Source: the human T2T-CHM13v2.0 reference genome, Homo sapiens. Taken from it: a stretch of DNA of 64,000 bases. Positions within the stretch are counted from its first letter, which is position 1; the number at the start of each line of letters is the position of its first letter. The position numbers were made by a program, and so were the translations under genes. The stretch is from the NCBI RefSeq assembly GCF_009914755.1, contig NC_060930.1. One strand, given 5' to 3'. This document shows, in pieces, positions 61,384 to 64,000 of the stretch. Below the pieces are notes generated by a model that did not search any database, had not been told where the DNA came from, and saw nothing but the letters and a program-made list of their open reading frames with translations.

Positions 61384-64000
61384 TAGAGCAGGTTTGAGAC
61401 TCTCTTTTTGTGAATTTCCAAGTGGATATTTATCGCCCTTTGAGGCCTATGGTAGAAAAGGCAATATCTTCATAGAAAAACTAGCCAGAATGAGTCTCAG
61501 AAACTGTTTTGGGATGTGGGCATTGAACTCACAGAGTTTAAGCTTTCCTTTGATAGAGCAGTTTTAAAACACTCTTTTTGTATAATCTGCAAGTGAATAT
61601 TTCAACTTTCTTAAGGCCTTTTTGGATACGGGATTTCTCATGTAAAAGTTGACAGAAGAATTCTCAGAAACTACTTTGTGATGTGTGCTTTCAATTCACG
61701 GAGTTGAACCTTCCTTTTAATAGAGCAGTTTTGAAACTCTCTTTTTGAAGAATTTCCAAATGGATATTTAGTGCCGTTTGAGGCCTAAGGTAGAAAAGGC
61801 AATATCTTTATAGAAAAACAAGACAGAATGATTCTCAGAAACGACTTTGTGAGGTGTGCGTTCAACTCACAGAATTTCACCTTTCTTTTGATAGAGCAGT
61901 TTTGAAAAATTCTTTTTGTAGAATCTGCATGTGAATATTTGGATTTTTTTGAGGTACTCCTTGGAAACGGGATTTCTTCATATAAAAGTTCATGGAAGAA
62001 TTCTCAGAAACTTCTTTGTGATGTGTGCTTTCAACTCACAGAGTTGAACCTTCCTTTGGATAAAGCAGCTTTGATATACTCTTTTTGTAGAATTTCCAAG
62101 TGGATATTTAGAGCGGTTCGAGGCCTATGGTAGAAAAGGAAATATCTTCATAAAAAAACTTGACAGAATCATTCTCAGAAACTAATTTGTGATGTGTGCA
62201 TTCAACTTACCGAGTTTAAACTTTCTTTTGATAGAACAGTTTTGAAACATTCTTTTTGTGGAATTTGCAATGGTATATTTAGAGCGCTTTGGTGCCTATG
62301 GTAGAAAAGGAAATATCTTCACTTAAAAACTAGACACAAGCATTGTCAGAAACTACTTTGTTATATTTGCATTCATCTCACAAATTTGAACATTCTTTTC
62401 AATAGAGCAGTTTTGAAACACTCTTTTTTTTGAATCTGCCTGTGGATATTTGGACCTTTTTGTGGCCTTCGTTTGAAATGTGATTTCTTCATATAAAACT
62501 AGACAGAAGAATTCTCAGAAACTTCTTTGTGATGTGTGCTTTCCACTCAGAGTTGAACCTTCATTTAGATAGAGAAGTTTTGAAACTCACTTTTAATAGA
62601 ATTTCCAAATGGATATTTAGCGCCACTTGAGGTCTAAGGTAGAAAAGGAAATACCTTCATAGAAAGACTTGACAGAATGATTCTCAGAAACTGCATTGTG
62701 ATGTGTGCGCTCAACTCACAGAGTTTAACCTTTCTTTTGATAGAACAGTTTTGTAGTATACACTCTTTTTGTAGTATCTGCATGTGAATATTTGGAGTTT
62801 TTTGAGGCCTTGTTGGAAAAGGGATTTCTTCAATAAAACTTGACAGAAGATTTCACAGAAACTTCTTTGTGATGTGTGCATTCAACTCACAGAGTTGAAC
62901 CTTCCTTTCGATAGAGCAGCTTAGAAATACTCTTTTTGTAGAATTTCCAAGTGGATATTTAGAGCGGTTCAATTCCTATGGTAGAAAAGGAAATATCTTC
63001 ATAAAAAAACTTGACAGAATCATTCTCAGAAACTACATTGTGATGTGTGCATTCAGCTTGCAGAGTTTAAACTTTCTTTTGCTAGACAGGTTTGAAACAC
63101 TCTTTTTGTGGAATTTCCAGGGGTATATTTAGAGCCCTTTGAGGTCTACATTAGAAAAGGAAATATCTTTACTTAAAAACTAGACAGAAGCATTGTCAGA
63201 AACTACTTTGTGATACTTGCATTCAACTCACAAAGTTGAACATTCTTTTTGATAGAGCAGTTGTGAAACACTCTTTTTGTTGAATCTACATGTGTATATT
63301 TGGACCTCCTTGGGGCCTTCGTTTGAAAGGTGATTTCTTCATATAAAACTAGACAGAAGAATTCTCAGAAACTTCTCTGTAATGTGTGTTTCAACTCACA
63401 GGGTTGAACCTAACTTCGAAAGAGCAGTTTTGAAACTCTCTTGTTGTAGAACTTCCAAATGGATATTTAGCGCCATTTGAGGTCTAAGGTAGAAAAGGAA
63501 ATATCTTCATAGAAAAACTAGAAAGAATGATTCTCAGAAACTACTTTATGATGTGTGCGTTCAACTCACAGAGTTTAACCTTTCTTTTGATAGAACAGTT
63601 TTGAAACACTCTTTTTGTAGAATCTGCAAGTGAATATTTGGACTTTTTTGAGGCCTTGTTGGAAAAGAGATTTCTTCATATAAAACTTGACAGAAGAATT
63701 CTCAGAAACTTCTTTGTGATGTGTGCATTCAACTGACAGAGTTGAACCTTCCTTTCGATAGAGCAGCTTTGATATACTCTTTTTGTAGAATTTCCAATTG
63801 GATATTTAGAGCGGTTCGAAGCCTGTTGTAGAAAAGGAAACATCTTCATAAAAAACTTGACAGAATCATTCTCAGAAACCACTATGTGATGTGTGCATTC
63901 AGCTTACAGTGTTTAACCTTTTTTTTATAAAGCAGTATTGAAACACTTTTTGTGGAATTTGCAATTGTATATTTAGAGCGCTTTGAGGTCTATGGTAGAA
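61369..64000 (+). repeat. Diverged alpha-satellite (A-B dimers, then pentamers), continuing past the window end
   Basis: Same monomer classes as 50484-60543; pentamer marker at ~62338 and ~63187 (849 bp apart). Confidence 0.9.

Noticed and set aside
50484-64000. Possible inversion or strand switch at the HOR/flank boundary
   Set aside because: Monomer orientation and register stay the same across the junction and on both sides of the L1.
50484-64000. Calling the flank SF3 (W1-W5) because it is pentameric
   Set aside because: The A/B order here is A-B-A-A-B, which does not match SF3's three B and two A monomers. The family was left unassigned pending HMM classification.

Overview
The window is almost entirely primate centromeric alpha-satellite (~171-bp monomers), all in one orientation, with CENP-B boxes reading CTTCGTTGGAAACGGGA on the + strand. 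Bases 1-~50,480 are a very homogeneous higher-order-repeat (HOR) array made of an 18-monomer 3,057-bp unit (L; 9 full copies plus a truncated terminal copy) and a 15-monomer 2,551-bp variant (S; 8 copies), in the order L S L L L S S S S L S L L S L S L l. The 18-mer length and single BamHI site per unit match what I recall of human chromosome 6 D6Z1; this was not confirmed by a search. At ~50,460-50,483 the array switches abruptly to old, diverged alpha-satellite with a recognisable ~850-bp A-B-A-A-B pentamer and few intact CENP-B boxes. This diverged layer carries one 5'-truncated L1PA2-like LINE-1 insertion (60,544-61,368) with a 15-bp target-site duplication. The supplied ORFs are satellite artefacts, apart from the LINE-1 ORF2 C-terminal fragment. 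I found no new protein-coding or defence-type system. The points of interest are structural: the 15-mer deletion breakpoint coincides with the array edge; three SNPs are fully linked to the 15-mer; there are 5.1-kb and 8.7-kb multi-HOR duplications; a relic of the flanking pentamer appears embedded in the 18-mer; and a local dimer expansion surrounds the L1. SNP comparisons were made by eye and may be incomplete.
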